DNA of 60,316 nucleotides, from positions 1 through 60,316 of the IMG/VR virus record IMGVR_UViG_3300022074_007082. One strand, given 5' to 3'. Positions 49,454 through 59,009 of this stretch are shown piece after piece (the stretch's first letter is position 1; each line of letters opens with the position of its first letter). Position numbers and translations under genes: made by a program. The DNA comes from a virus (taxonomy: Duplodnaviria; Caudoviricetes). The notes below the pieces were generated by a model. The model made no database searches. It saw only the letters and a program-made list of their open reading frames with translations, and was not told the origin of the DNA.

Positions 49454-52400
49454 GTTTAATTACTTCTACAAATAAAGTCTCAATGTCAAGCTTGGATGAA
49501 TTTGGGTTTGGCTTGCCTACAATAAGCATAGTATCTACTGAGCTTATAAGTGATATCTCTTCTTTGCAAGCGAAGCAAGATCCTCACATCGATCATCCCG
49601 GCGAAATTAGTGTACGAAGCTTAAAAAAGATTGATGATACAAACGAAAATAGATCTTTAAAGGTGAGACTAAGACTTTCTTTTAAAGAAACTATCGATCC
49701 GAACGGAGATTTTGCGTATATTAATGCTGGCAAAGACTTGAAATACTTTAAGGTGGCTGTTTTTCAAAGTTTAGATTTTGGTGTCACCGACAATTGCAAT
49801 TATAATACATTAAATCCTAGAAATGGACCTTATTTTAACAACACAGGTGCAATTAAGGGCTTAAGTAAGCAAGTTGGTTCTCCGGGAACAAGTCTAGAAA
49901 ATATAACGAATTTAATCATAGATGCGTACAATAACGCACAGCAGAGCAATAGTGCTTTAGATTTTTCTGCCGATGCCTTAGTTAATAATATTCCGTATGC
50001 AAAAACACAAGACTCTTCAGGGAATACTCTCTACGATATTCCTCTCTTATTTAATTTTGATATCAAGCCCAAAGAGGGCGGGTCAAACCCAGATCATTTG
50101 GCTTATTTTGTTTTTTCATATTTTGATGTCGATGAATACTTGAAAGATGTGAAAGAAACTATTGGACAAGTATTGACCAATGATGATATAATAGACAACA
50201 CATTAGATGAATTAGAAAGCATGACTATGGGAAATATCACATCAGACATCGTTATACTAAATGGTCAATTGCAAGAAGAGGCGTATATATTTCAAGATTC
50301 CAATTTGAATTACTATACAGGACCTTATCACCAAATGTCTGATGGTCAATTTATGAAAGGGGCTTATCATTTGCAGAAGGCGTATGATCAAACTGATTAT
50401 TTAAACAAGATAACGGTCCCTAATTCAAAAATCATTGATAACAGAGAAATTGCAAAGCTAGACAAGGTTGATTACAATTATGCGAAAGTAGCAGATTTTC
50501 TTATTAACCCAGACACTATCCAGACCATTACAAATCCGGGAACAGAGGGTCTTTTAAAAATAGAAAATCCTGTGTTTTCAAAGATGTGGTCAAGTCATGA
50601 TATAACAGGCAAAAATAGGTTTTTATTTTCTATAAATATGGAAAGCCTACTTCTTAAGAGCACAGTATATCCGGGACTTTTGACATCTTTAAAGAAATCT
50701 GAAGAAAGCGGAAATGGAGTTGTGTATTCCTCTCTTTTATCTCAAGTGCAAATAAAAGAATTAAAAATAACAAGAAGGAGAGTGAAAGATTCAATCAATC
50801 TTGATTCAAAGATTAGTAAAAAAAGCTATTCAAAAAACGACAAGCCACTACTAATAGTTCACTCTGTAGATCAAAATGGAAAACTGTCCTCAAAAGTTGA
50901 GATTTCAACAAAATTAGAAATGAGAGTTTCTAATGCACCAAAAAAAGTTGCAACTATTTCTGAAGTTAATATTGACAAGATGAACAAGGGACTAAGAACT
51001 TTTTCTTGTACAGATATTAATGTTAGTGAGAAAGCGGGAGGATTATACGAGTATACTGTAGAACTAGAAGTATCAGACCCAATCCCAAAGTTTCTACAGA
51101 GCAAAATTCAAGAGTTAGAAATACTGCTTTATGGCAACAATTCTTCTAAAGGGTGGAGTAGTTATCTTGAATCCACAAAGGATAGCAACTATTTTGATAG
51201 CTATTCAAATCGATTTAATGTGCAATTTCTTGATCTTTACAACGCTGAATTCAACAACACAGAGGGCTTAACGTTTGTTTCGGATATCATATTTAAATTT
51301 ATGAGCTTGATTTCTCAACTAGACGCTCAAAATTCTCTAAACAACCCCGGTGCGATTATAAAAGCAGCCTCATACCTCATACAGATTTCCGACCCCAACA
51401 CAGGAAACCCAGTGGGGGTTGAGACTGTTGCTGAGTTTATGGATAACACAATTTCATCTCTGCAAGGACTTTTACAAAATACAACATCATATAAAAAAAT
51501 GTCAACCTTGCAAGGTGTTGGAAATTCTCACGTTAAAAACTCAACTCCAAAATTAAACGGAGCTTCATCTTCAAAGACATTTAAAATTTCTCACACGTTC
51601 AAGGAGTTATTCGAGGCTTCTAATACAAGTCGAGATGATCCGTTTGGATATGATTTTCTTTCTACAACACAAAACGCACAGCCAACAAATCTGGGTGGAT
51701 TAAGGACTCTGAACGTTGATGATTACATCAACAGGTGTACGCTAGAAAACAAAAAACTGTTTTTAAATGAGGATGTAGACTTCGAGATAGCTGGACCTGA
51801 CGAAACTGTATATAATCCCGGAGATTCTTTGTTGAACAGAAAATTCTGTTTTTTATCTCCTTCTTTTGTATATGTCCCGAAAAGAGCACCCGGCAATTTA
51901 ATATCGAATAACATTACAGTTAGCGAAGCTGCCGATTTAGCTTTGGACATTATAAGGTACAACAAGGATTCATCTCAGCTTTCATCAACAGGTGGCACTT
52001 TAAATTTATCAAATAGCCCTAGGTCGCTGGAGGTTGATTTGCCAGAAGACACGCAAAAAAGAAGGCTTGATTTGGTTGAATACTTGGCATCTAAAGGTGC
52101 TACTTTTAAAGTGGAAGAGGCTACTTCTGTCATAAACCAAGGACGAGGAAAAACTAGCACGTTTCCTATTAAGTATGGCTTCAACAGACCCTCTTCTAAG
52201 TCAGATGTTGATGATTTTCTTAGCGATGTAAAGAATATATTTCATGCTAGTTCAAAAAATATCCTTAATTCCGCTGTTAATCCAAATCGTCTTTTGATCG
52301 CGATGACAATGCTTAGTGATATGGAATACAAAATAAAGATTTCAAAATTCTATAACTACAACAATATCACATATTATGATTTATCTGACATTGATAGGGC

Positions 52401-53484
52401 TAAGAGAATAAGAAAAAAGATTAATAGTGAGGGAGTCCACGTAATCAATGGTATGCCAAATCATACTAAATCTTTAATCTTTTTATCCAAAACTGCAATT
52501 AACACAATTGGATTGACTACGCCAATAACAAAATACTTTAACAAGACCAAGAAAGATCCATTTAAGGTACCTCACTTTTTTCCTTATATCAATTTCAATT
52601 ACAGGGTTTTAAACAAGATTCAAGTCTTCAATGGCTTTGATTCACCAAATGGGAGTGCGAATATTAACGGTAACGGTAAATGGAAAGATTTATCACTCTC
52701 GGTTCTAAATAAGATTGAGAACGGTCCTGAAACAAAATATTACCTTTGCCGACAGGTTAGGTTTGTGGATAGCATTTCAGTTAAGCCTGCAAAAGCAATT
52801 GAAATGCCATTCTATGATGAATATTTTCTATTGACAAATAAGGAATTAAACATATTTCCCAATCCCGAATCATTTGAGGCTTTCTTTTCCAATGACATAA
52901 CGTCTGGAGCAGGAGTGCTAGAGCAACAAACGCCCAATGCGTTGTTTGATAATTTAATGCATAAAGAAAATAGAAAAGTTAGCAAAACTGGTAACGGCGG
53001 ATACTTAAAGACAGAGTTCATGCAAACAAACATTGGCTTAGGCGACAGGAGCCGACCTCCATCAAATGACATATCTGAAGATATAACAACTAGTGCTGGT
53101 TTGACAGAGGGCAATGACAAATTTAAGGCGGCAAGAAATCTCTCCCTTCTGGAGCAGGCTCAAATATTAGATGCTATGGGTCTTTCAAAGATGCTGAGAG
53201 GGAATAATGTTAACAGCAACATTGCCAAGTTGAAAAATGAAGGAACAACGAATCGAGAAGGTAGATCGCTAACAGAACAAGAAGCGGAATTATTAAAAAA
53301 TAGCTCAGTTTCTAAGCAAACTAAGCAACAAATAGATAAGGCAATAAAAATAAAAGCCCCAACTGGAACTGGCAAAGCCGATCCGGTAAGCTCTAGAGGC
53401 GGATCCGGCGGTGGAACTGGTGGTGGCGGATCCGGCGGTGGAACTGGCGGCGGTGGCTCTAGTGGCGGCGGAGGAACATACTAA
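49450..53484 (+). CDS. Large 1344 aa probable virion protein with Gly-rich C-terminus
   Basis: Long ORF in the structural module; ATGA coupling; no catalytic motif recognised. Confidence 0.6.
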   Translation: MSLITSTNKVSMSSLDEFGFGLPTISIVSTELISDISSLQAKQDPHIDHPGEISVRSLKKIDDTNENRSLKVRLRLSFKETIDPNGDFAYINAGKDLKYFKVAVFQSLDFGVTDNCNYNTLNPRNGPYFNNTGAIKGLSKQVGSPGTSLENITNLIIDAYNNAQQSNSALDFSADALVNNIPYAKTQDSSGNTLYDIPLLFNFDIKPKEGGSNPDHLAYFVFSYFDVDEYLKDVKETIGQVLTNDDIIDNTLDELESMTMGNITSDIVILNGQLQEEAYIFQDSNLNYYTGPYHQMSDGQFMKGAYHLQKAYDQTDYLNKITVPNSKIIDNREIAKLDKVDYNYAKVADFLINPDTIQTITNPGTEGLLKIENPVFSKMWSSHDITGKNRFLFSINMESLLLKSTVYPGLLTSLKKSEESGNGVVYSSLLSQVQIKELKITRRRVKDSINLDSKISKKSYSKNDKPLLIVHSVDQNGKLSSKVEISTKLEMRVSNAPKKVATISEVNIDKMNKGLRTFSCTDINVSEKAGGLYEYTVELEVSDPIPKFLQSKIQELEILLYGNNSSKGWSSYLESTKDSNYFDSYSNRFNVQFLDLYNAEFNNTEGLTFVSDIIFKFMSLISQLDAQNSLNNPGAIIKAASYLIQISDPNTGNPVGVETVAEFMDNTISSLQGLLQNTTSYKKMSTLQGVGNSHVKNSTPKLNGASSSKTFKISHTFKELFEASNTSRDDPFGYDFLSTTQNAQPTNLGGLRTLNVDDYINRCTLENKKLFLNEDVDFEIAGPDETVYNPGDSLLNRKFCFLSPSFVYVPKRAPGNLISNNITVSEAADLALDIIRYNKDSSQLSSTGGTLNLSNSPRSLEVDLPEDTQKRRLDLVEYLASKGATFKVEEATSVINQGRGKTSTFPIKYGFNRPSSKSDVDDFLSDVKNIFHASSKNILNSAVNPNRLLIAMTMLSDMEYKIKISKFYNYNNITYYDLSDIDRAKRIRKKINSEGVHVINGMPNHTKSLIFLSKTAINTIGLTTPITKYFNKTKKDPFKVPHFFPYINFNYRVLNKIQVFNGFDSPNGSANINGNGKWKDLSLSVLNKIENGPETKYYLCRQVRFVDSISVKPAKAIEMPFYDEYFLLTNKELNIFPNPESFEAFFSNDITSGAGVLEQQTPNALFDNLMHKENRKVSKTGNGGYLKTEFMQTNIGLGDRSRPPSNDISEDITTSAGLTEGNDKFKAARNLSLLEQAQILDAMGLSKMLRGNNVNSNIAKLKNEGTTNREGRSLTEQEAELLKNSSVSKQTKQQIDKAIKIKAPTGTGKADPVSSRGGSGGGTGGGGSGGGTGGGGSSGGGGTY
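53398..53451 (+). repeat. Two tandem 27-bp units encoding GGSGGGTGG
   Basis: ggcggatccggcggtggaactggtggt then ggcggatccggcggtggaactggcggc; the first 23 nt are identical. Confidence 0.9.
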
Positions 53485-53495
53485 GTAGGTAAATT

Positions 53496-56400
53496 ATGTC
53501 TGGTTTTGGTTTTACAGGAGATCCCTCGGAATTTGGAGGACAACAAGCTGACACTTCCAGCAGCGAAGGCGCAGGTTCGTCTAGCGCAAGTAATTCTGGG
53601 GAAACGTCCGATGAAGCGAAAAAGTCTTTTGTAGAGTTAGCTAAAGAAATGGAGGACCAAACCGAGGACGAAACACTCCAAGGAATAATCCAACAACTAA
53701 TTGCAGATAACAAATACACTATCGATGGCGGAGCACTTGCTCTAGGTGGGGCATTAGCAGAAAAGTTCGGAAAACAATTAGAAAGATTTCAGAATGACCA
53801 CAGCCTTATAGCGCACAGCGGCATCCTGTTCAGTGAACAGAAAGGGGAACTTTATAATTATACAGAAAATTTCTCCTATGATCCGATTCGCTCATCAGTA
53901 GGCTCAATATGGTCAAAGAGCCCCCTTGATATAATTAGGTATCCTAGCTCTGTTTCTAGTGGTCAAAAAGGTGCCGCAGAGAAATTTAACAAATTGTTGC
54001 ACTTAACAGAAGAGGAAATACAAGAAAGGTTAGGACCAGAGGGTATTTCTTTTGGTTACAAATACTTGCCCAAAGTAAAATTTAAGTTTAGTAACAAGAT
54101 GCAAAACTGGGGCGCAACACACATGATGTTTGGCAGACCAGCAACGCCAGATCAAGATGATGATGCAGGTATTAGATGCCGAGTGCTCGACATTGGGCAG
54201 GTACAGTATATGTATTTATATTTTGATCTAAATGGGTATGCCGACTATTTCAAGCCGATTGTTCCATTCAATATGCTTTTTAACGCAAAGCATAAATTGG
54301 AAGGATACTCTTACAAGTCCTCACTAGATCCCACAAAGTTTAAAACTTTAAAATTTGATGCGGTCAGTGGTGGCAGCTTGACGAAATTTGATGCTTCTTT
54401 TATATCCAAGGGAAACGCTGATCTGGAAAAAGTTCAAAGCATTGCAGCCAATGGAGTTGAGATAATTGAAGGTACCCACCCCAATGTAAACCAAGAGGCA
54501 GTCATCGATGACCTAGAATCTAAACTTTACATCGATGAAGTGTTTTCAAGCCAAGCAGCAATATCTGAAGAAGCTGTTCCGTTTTTTGGCTCCGAAGGAT
54601 TACAGGGAGAGTTGTTAGCCGATGTAAAGCCGGTATATAATTTCTTTTCCCCAAAGTGGGAATATGCCTCAAAAGCACTAACTGAGAAGATGGTAGGAAA
54701 CATATATGTTGCCGCCGCTTGGAAAAACAAATACGATTGGCTACCAACGCAGTTTGATTTTGAAAAGTTCGCCAATAGTTTTATTATATGCGATAATGAT
54801 CCAGAATTCTTTAAGGAAACTTCAGCAGTCAAAATAACAAACAATGTTGTAATTAGTCAGGATAGCTTACTGCTTGATACAGCAGAGGATTTAAAAGAAC
54901 AATTTCCGATGTATAATGAGATTGTGTTTTCTGCTATCCCGCAAGGTGATTTAGGAAAAATCTTCCATGAAAGCGGTATGACCACAGAGTTTTTAAAGAC
55001 ATTGTTAACATATGTATATAATGATTATAGTGCCCCTTCGGCAGAAAAAATAGGTCAAATTGCTAAAGTGATAGGTTTCGCAACACAGCAGCCATCAATG
55101 GTGTATCCCCAAAATGCTACATTCATATCTAAAATCAAGGAGCCAGCTTCAATTGACTTGTTTACGGATGACCAAAAGACCATTCAAAACCAAGACGATA
55201 TGGTTACATTTGACTTTTTAGCTTGGCTAGAGTATTACATTAATGAAATAAATGGCAATGTTTCTAATAATGAATTTAAATTATACAATGACGAAACATA
55301 CAAGCCATATACAAGTTATTTCGGAGACAAAGATTTTCAAAATATATTCCAAAAGAAGTCTGGCTTATCTTTCAAGAAAGTTCTAGGCTTGGTTAAGTTT
55401 TTAGCTTCTGCAAAAAACAATGTTAAAAGCAATTTTAGGGCATACCATGATATATTAGGTGGCAAGAAAGCAACGAGCGATATCCTATATTATAGAATAG
55501 AAAAGAAATCACAAAAAACAGGCAATGTAATTCAAAACTTTTTCGTTATGCCACAAGAGATCGATCCAGATAAGGGCTTTCAGTCTCAGATAAAAGTAAT
55601 CGACACCCAAGTTAGATATGCTCAAGCTTATAGATATGAAATATATGCAGTCAAGGTAGTTGTTGGTACTGAGTATAAAATATTGACTGCTCCTGACGAG
55701 TCACAACTGCCCTTGTTCGAGGCTAACTTGTTTTCTGACACGACATTAAATTCTGAGCAAGCAATCAATCCTCCTTTGACAATATACCAAAGACACTTGG
55801 CTACAGGGCAAAGTAATCTATTGAATCTCTACCCTATGTTTAGCCTAGGAAATAATAACGAAAATGGCAGCCCAAATAAATATGTTATGCCCATAAAGCT
55901 TTCATTAAGACCGACTGTTAAAATCTATGAAGTGCCGCTGTATAAAGAGCAGGACGTGTTGATTTTGGACAGCCCTCCAATGCCTCCACTTGTTAATGTA
56001 TATCCTTTGAACGGCAAGAAGAACAATATATTGCTTACTCTTGAAACGCAGACTGGGGACCGAGAACTAACGCCGATTCCAATCGAAACAGCGGATACCG
56101 CTTATTTTGTCACAGAGAGGTTTTCGCAGAAGAGAGATATCTCCTATCCGGGAGGTGGTTATGTTTACCCAACATTGAGATTTAAATCAGACGATGACTC
56201 CTCTTCATATCAAATCTACAGACTTGAAGGGACTCCGCCAAAAAGCTACAGTTCATTTCGGGGTAATCTGTATCAGGCTTTGAATAAGATGGCAAAAATT
56301 CCACAAGCAGGGTTTGAGGATACGATAAAGGTTAATACAAAATATTACTATCTCTTTAGAAGTGTAGATATGCATGGCAATGTTTCCAATCCTTCCCCAG

Positions 56401-56798
56401 TATACGAGGTGGAGATGGTTGAGGCATCTGACGGTGTGTTTTATCCCATTATAAAAGTGATGGATATGGACGAGATACAGATAAGCTCTTCAGAGAATGA
56501 AGTTACTGATATGACTTCGACGACAAGGACGCTCAAAAAAACAAGCTACATATTCCCAGCAGAGCAACAGTTGGAGTTGAACGAAGAGGCTTCTAATATT
56601 GATGGCTCTACTGCCAATGTTCCAACTAACGATCCCGTGTTAGGAATAGCATCGGAAACTATTTGGGGTAAAAAGTTTAAATTTAGATTTGTTTCAAGGC
56701 ATACTGGTAGAGCAATAGATGTCAATGTCGATTTTAGCAAAGAGCATACTAAACCACAACAAGCAACTGAGCCTTGTTTTGATGTAGAGGAAGAATAA
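53496..56798 (+). CDS. Large 1100 aa probable virion protein with C-terminal FN3/Ig-like domains
   Basis: YQIYRL...FEDT...TKYYYLFRSVD.HGNVSNPS and YYRIEK...DTQV...YRYEIYAV. Confidence 0.6.
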   Translation: MSGFGFTGDPSEFGGQQADTSSSEGAGSSSASNSGETSDEAKKSFVELAKEMEDQTEDETLQGIIQQLIADNKYTIDGGALALGGALAEKFGKQLERFQNDHSLIAHSGILFSEQKGELYNYTENFSYDPIRSSVGSIWSKSPLDIIRYPSSVSSGQKGAAEKFNKLLHLTEEEIQERLGPEGISFGYKYLPKVKFKFSNKMQNWGATHMMFGRPATPDQDDDAGIRCRVLDIGQVQYMYLYFDLNGYADYFKPIVPFNMLFNAKHKLEGYSYKSSLDPTKFKTLKFDAVSGGSLTKFDASFISKGNADLEKVQSIAANGVEIIEGTHPNVNQEAVIDDLESKLYIDEVFSSQAAISEEAVPFFGSEGLQGELLADVKPVYNFFSPKWEYASKALTEKMVGNIYVAAAWKNKYDWLPTQFDFEKFANSFIICDNDPEFFKETSAVKITNNVVISQDSLLLDTAEDLKEQFPMYNEIVFSAIPQGDLGKIFHESGMTTEFLKTLLTYVYNDYSAPSAEKIGQIAKVIGFATQQPSMVYPQNATFISKIKEPASIDLFTDDQKTIQNQDDMVTFDFLAWLEYYINEINGNVSNNEFKLYNDETYKPYTSYFGDKDFQNIFQKKSGLSFKKVLGLVKFLASAKNNVKSNFRAYHDILGGKKATSDILYYRIEKKSQKTGNVIQNFFVMPQEIDPDKGFQSQIKVIDTQVRYAQAYRYEIYAVKVVVGTEYKILTAPDESQLPLFEANLFSDTTLNSEQAINPPLTIYQRHLATGQSNLLNLYPMFSLGNNNENGSPNKYVMPIKLSLRPTVKIYEVPLYKEQDVLILDSPPMPPLVNVYPLNGKKNNILLTLETQTGDRELTPIPIETADTAYFVTERFSQKRDISYPGGGYVYPTLRFKSDDDSSSYQIYRLEGTPPKSYSSFRGNLYQALNKMAKIPQAGFEDTIKVNTKYYYLFRSVDMHGNVSNPSPVYEVEMVEASDGVFYPIIKVMDMDEIQISSSENEVTDMTSTTRTLKKTSYIFPAEQQLELNEEASNIDGSTANVPTNDPVLGIASETIWGKKFKFRFVSRHTGRAIDVNVDFSKEHTKPQQATEPCFDVEEE

Positions 56799-56826
56799 AA
56801 ACTTTTGTTTGAATTGAATTTAGTTA

Positions 56827-56834
56827 CTATTTAT
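56827..56834 (+). promoter_or_regulatory. Candidate late promoter element CTATTTAT
   Basis: In the 87-nt spacer upstream of the AAGGAG ribosome-binding site of the 56886 gene. Confidence 0.55.
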
Positions 56835-56885
56835 AACGAAATGCTAATTAAATAAAATACATAGACAGTTAAGGAGACATAAAAA

Positions 56886-57812
56886 ATGGGTTTTTTAGAT
56901 AATAGTGGGGATATCATTTTAGATGCGGTCCTTACAGATGCAGGCAGAGCCAGATTGGCAGCAGGCGATGGATCTTTTAAGATTGTAAAATATGCATTTG
57001 GCGATGACGAAATCGATTATGCTAAATATGATAAAGACAACACTAATGGGTCTGCATACTATGACATTGAAATTTTGAGAACCCCAGTGTTGGAAGCTTT
57101 CACGAACAACACTTCAACAATGAAAAGTAAACTCCTCTCTATACCCAGAACAAATCTTCTTTTCTTGCCAGTGCTTAAATTAAACCAAAATGAGAATCTA
57201 GGCGGCGGAATAGAATTGAATGATAACTCAGCCCAAGCAAATGCGATGTTCGCTGTTCCTGTTGATCAAACAACTAGAAATGTATTTGAAGCAGCCGGAA
57301 GAGATTTTGCAAAAGGCGTTTTACTAGGTGGAGCTATTCAAGTCGATCAAGGATTAGATACAACAGCTATCAGCTTCCAGCAATCTCTTGATTCTACTTT
57401 GGTGGAAACACAATTTATTGTAGAAATTGATAATAGATTGGGATCTTTGGCTAATAGCGGCGGCGTTCAAGTGGCTTATTCTTATTTGGATGATGATAAC
57501 ATAGCTAGCTACAACATAACTAACGCCGGGACTAATTCCAACACATTCTTTAAAACTATCTCCGGGTTAGATGAAAATAGAAGCCCAATCCGTGGACCAA
57601 GGGGCACAGCTTTCCAGTTTACAATCTTGTCTTCATTGGAATTACAAACAAGCACATACTTGTTTGACACAATCGGCTCTACAGGCACAAGCTGGAGCGG
57701 CGTGGCAGGAACATATTCAATTATTGATACAAATATAAAGGTGACAGGAGCAACAACTGGCTATAGTATAGATATACCAGTTAGATTTATCAAGCAGACA
57801 TCAGCTTCTTAA
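56886..57812 (+). CDS. Structural protein (baseplate/fibre-attachment-like)
   Basis: Strong AAGGAG RBS; DAVLTDAGRARLAAG...YAFGDD resembles the start of the P2 gpH/DUF3751 domain. Confidence 0.6.
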   Translation: MGFLDNSGDIILDAVLTDAGRARLAAGDGSFKIVKYAFGDDEIDYAKYDKDNTNGSAYYDIEILRTPVLEAFTNNTSTMKSKLLSIPRTNLLFLPVLKLNQNENLGGGIELNDNSAQANAMFAVPVDQTTRNVFEAAGRDFAKGVLLGGAIQVDQGLDTTAISFQQSLDSTLVETQFIVEIDNRLGSLANSGGVQVAYSYLDDDNIASYNITNAGTNSNTFFKTISGLDENRSPIRGPRGTAFQFTILSSLELQTSTYLFDTIGSTGTSWSGVAGTYSIIDTNIKVTGATTGYSIDIPVRFIKQTSAS

Positions 57813-57839
57813 GCTTTAACAACAGGCAGGACTTAAACA

Positions 57840-58994
57840 ATGGCAACAACTTTTAAACAGTTTTTAAATAACGACGTTACAACAACTAGGACATTATTGC
57901 ATGAGAGCATCCCAATCACGGGCTCTATTGTTTCTGGTACCTACAACGAGGGGTCGACCACAACAGAGACAAACGTCAAGAATTATTCTCACGGACTGTT
58001 TCAGTCTATCTATGACTACCCTTATTTAAGCTCCTCTGCAAATCATATCTTTGATATAACGGTTGGATATTCTTCCGTATCACCGCTCTCAGGTGCCGCA
58101 AATACTCAAAACGCAGACAAAATCAATATTTACAATCAGATGGCACAAGTCCTTGTTGGTCATGATGTCACTGGCGGTATAAAAAGATTTGACGAAGATG
58201 GTAATTTTGCTGCTGGTGGCACTAAATTGGATGAGGTTTTCTTTGTTAATTTCGCCAGATTGCTAAGTAAGGATGAAATCAAGAAAGGCTCTTTTGAGAT
58301 GGAATTTGGAATTACTGGCTCACTAGGGGCTATAGCAGCATCAGCTAGTTTTGATGGGCAAAATTTCCGCAAGAGAATGAAGGTGAAAGATCTTAGTGGC
58401 TCTACTTCTTATCTAACCAATTCTCCAGCAGGTGAATATGGTGTCTTATATGCAACTTCTAGCACCACAGATGGGACCACTCATCTGGGAACTGCAAACA
58501 CTAAAGAAACCCCAGTAGGCTTGGTTTATTATCAGGCAGGAATAGCTGTAATTTCTGGATCTCTCTTCAGTGATGTCGCGAATGGGGGAGTGCTCTCAAA
58601 CACGCTTGGAACTGTTTCTTTGGGAAATCCCGGCAACAGGTTGACTGGACCTACAGGGTTTGAGTTTGTCTCGGGCTCATCAATCTCAGGATCAGCCGAT
58701 GCTATTAGAAACAGAATTTATAACAATAGCTTTAACAATACAACCGAGTTGAACTCCACAATCTATTTTGCGAGAGCGTCTCATAACGAGTTCAATTATA
58801 GTTCAAACCCAACTTACTTAAGTGAGAGCCAAATCAGAGTAAAAGAAACAACTCTTGATCAGCCAGTATCTTACATCACAACGGTTGGTCTCTACAGCGC
58901 AACCAACGAGTTGCTAGCTGTTGCAAAGGTATCAGAACCACTCAAGAAGACCCCAGATACTGAGTTGACTCTCAGAGTCAGATTAGATTACTAG
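57840..58994 (+). CDS. Structural protein, paralogue of 59010-60170
   Basis: C-terminal EFNYSSNPTY...YITTVGLY...ELLAVAKVSEPLKK...LTLRVRLDY. Confidence 0.65.
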   Translation: MATTFKQFLNNDVTTTRTLLHESIPITGSIVSGTYNEGSTTTETNVKNYSHGLFQSIYDYPYLSSSANHIFDITVGYSSVSPLSGAANTQNADKINIYNQMAQVLVGHDVTGGIKRFDEDGNFAAGGTKLDEVFFVNFARLLSKDEIKKGSFEMEFGITGSLGAIAASASFDGQNFRKRMKVKDLSGSTSYLTNSPAGEYGVLYATSSTTDGTTHLGTANTKETPVGLVYYQAGIAVISGSLFSDVANGGVLSNTLGTVSLGNPGNRLTGPTGFEFVSGSSISGSADAIRNRIYNNSFNNTTELNSTIYFARASHNEFNYSSNPTYLSESQIRVKETTLDQPVSYITTVGLYSATNELLAVAKVSEPLKKTPDTELTLRVRLDY

Positions 58995-59009
58995 GAGGTA
59001 ATATCAATT

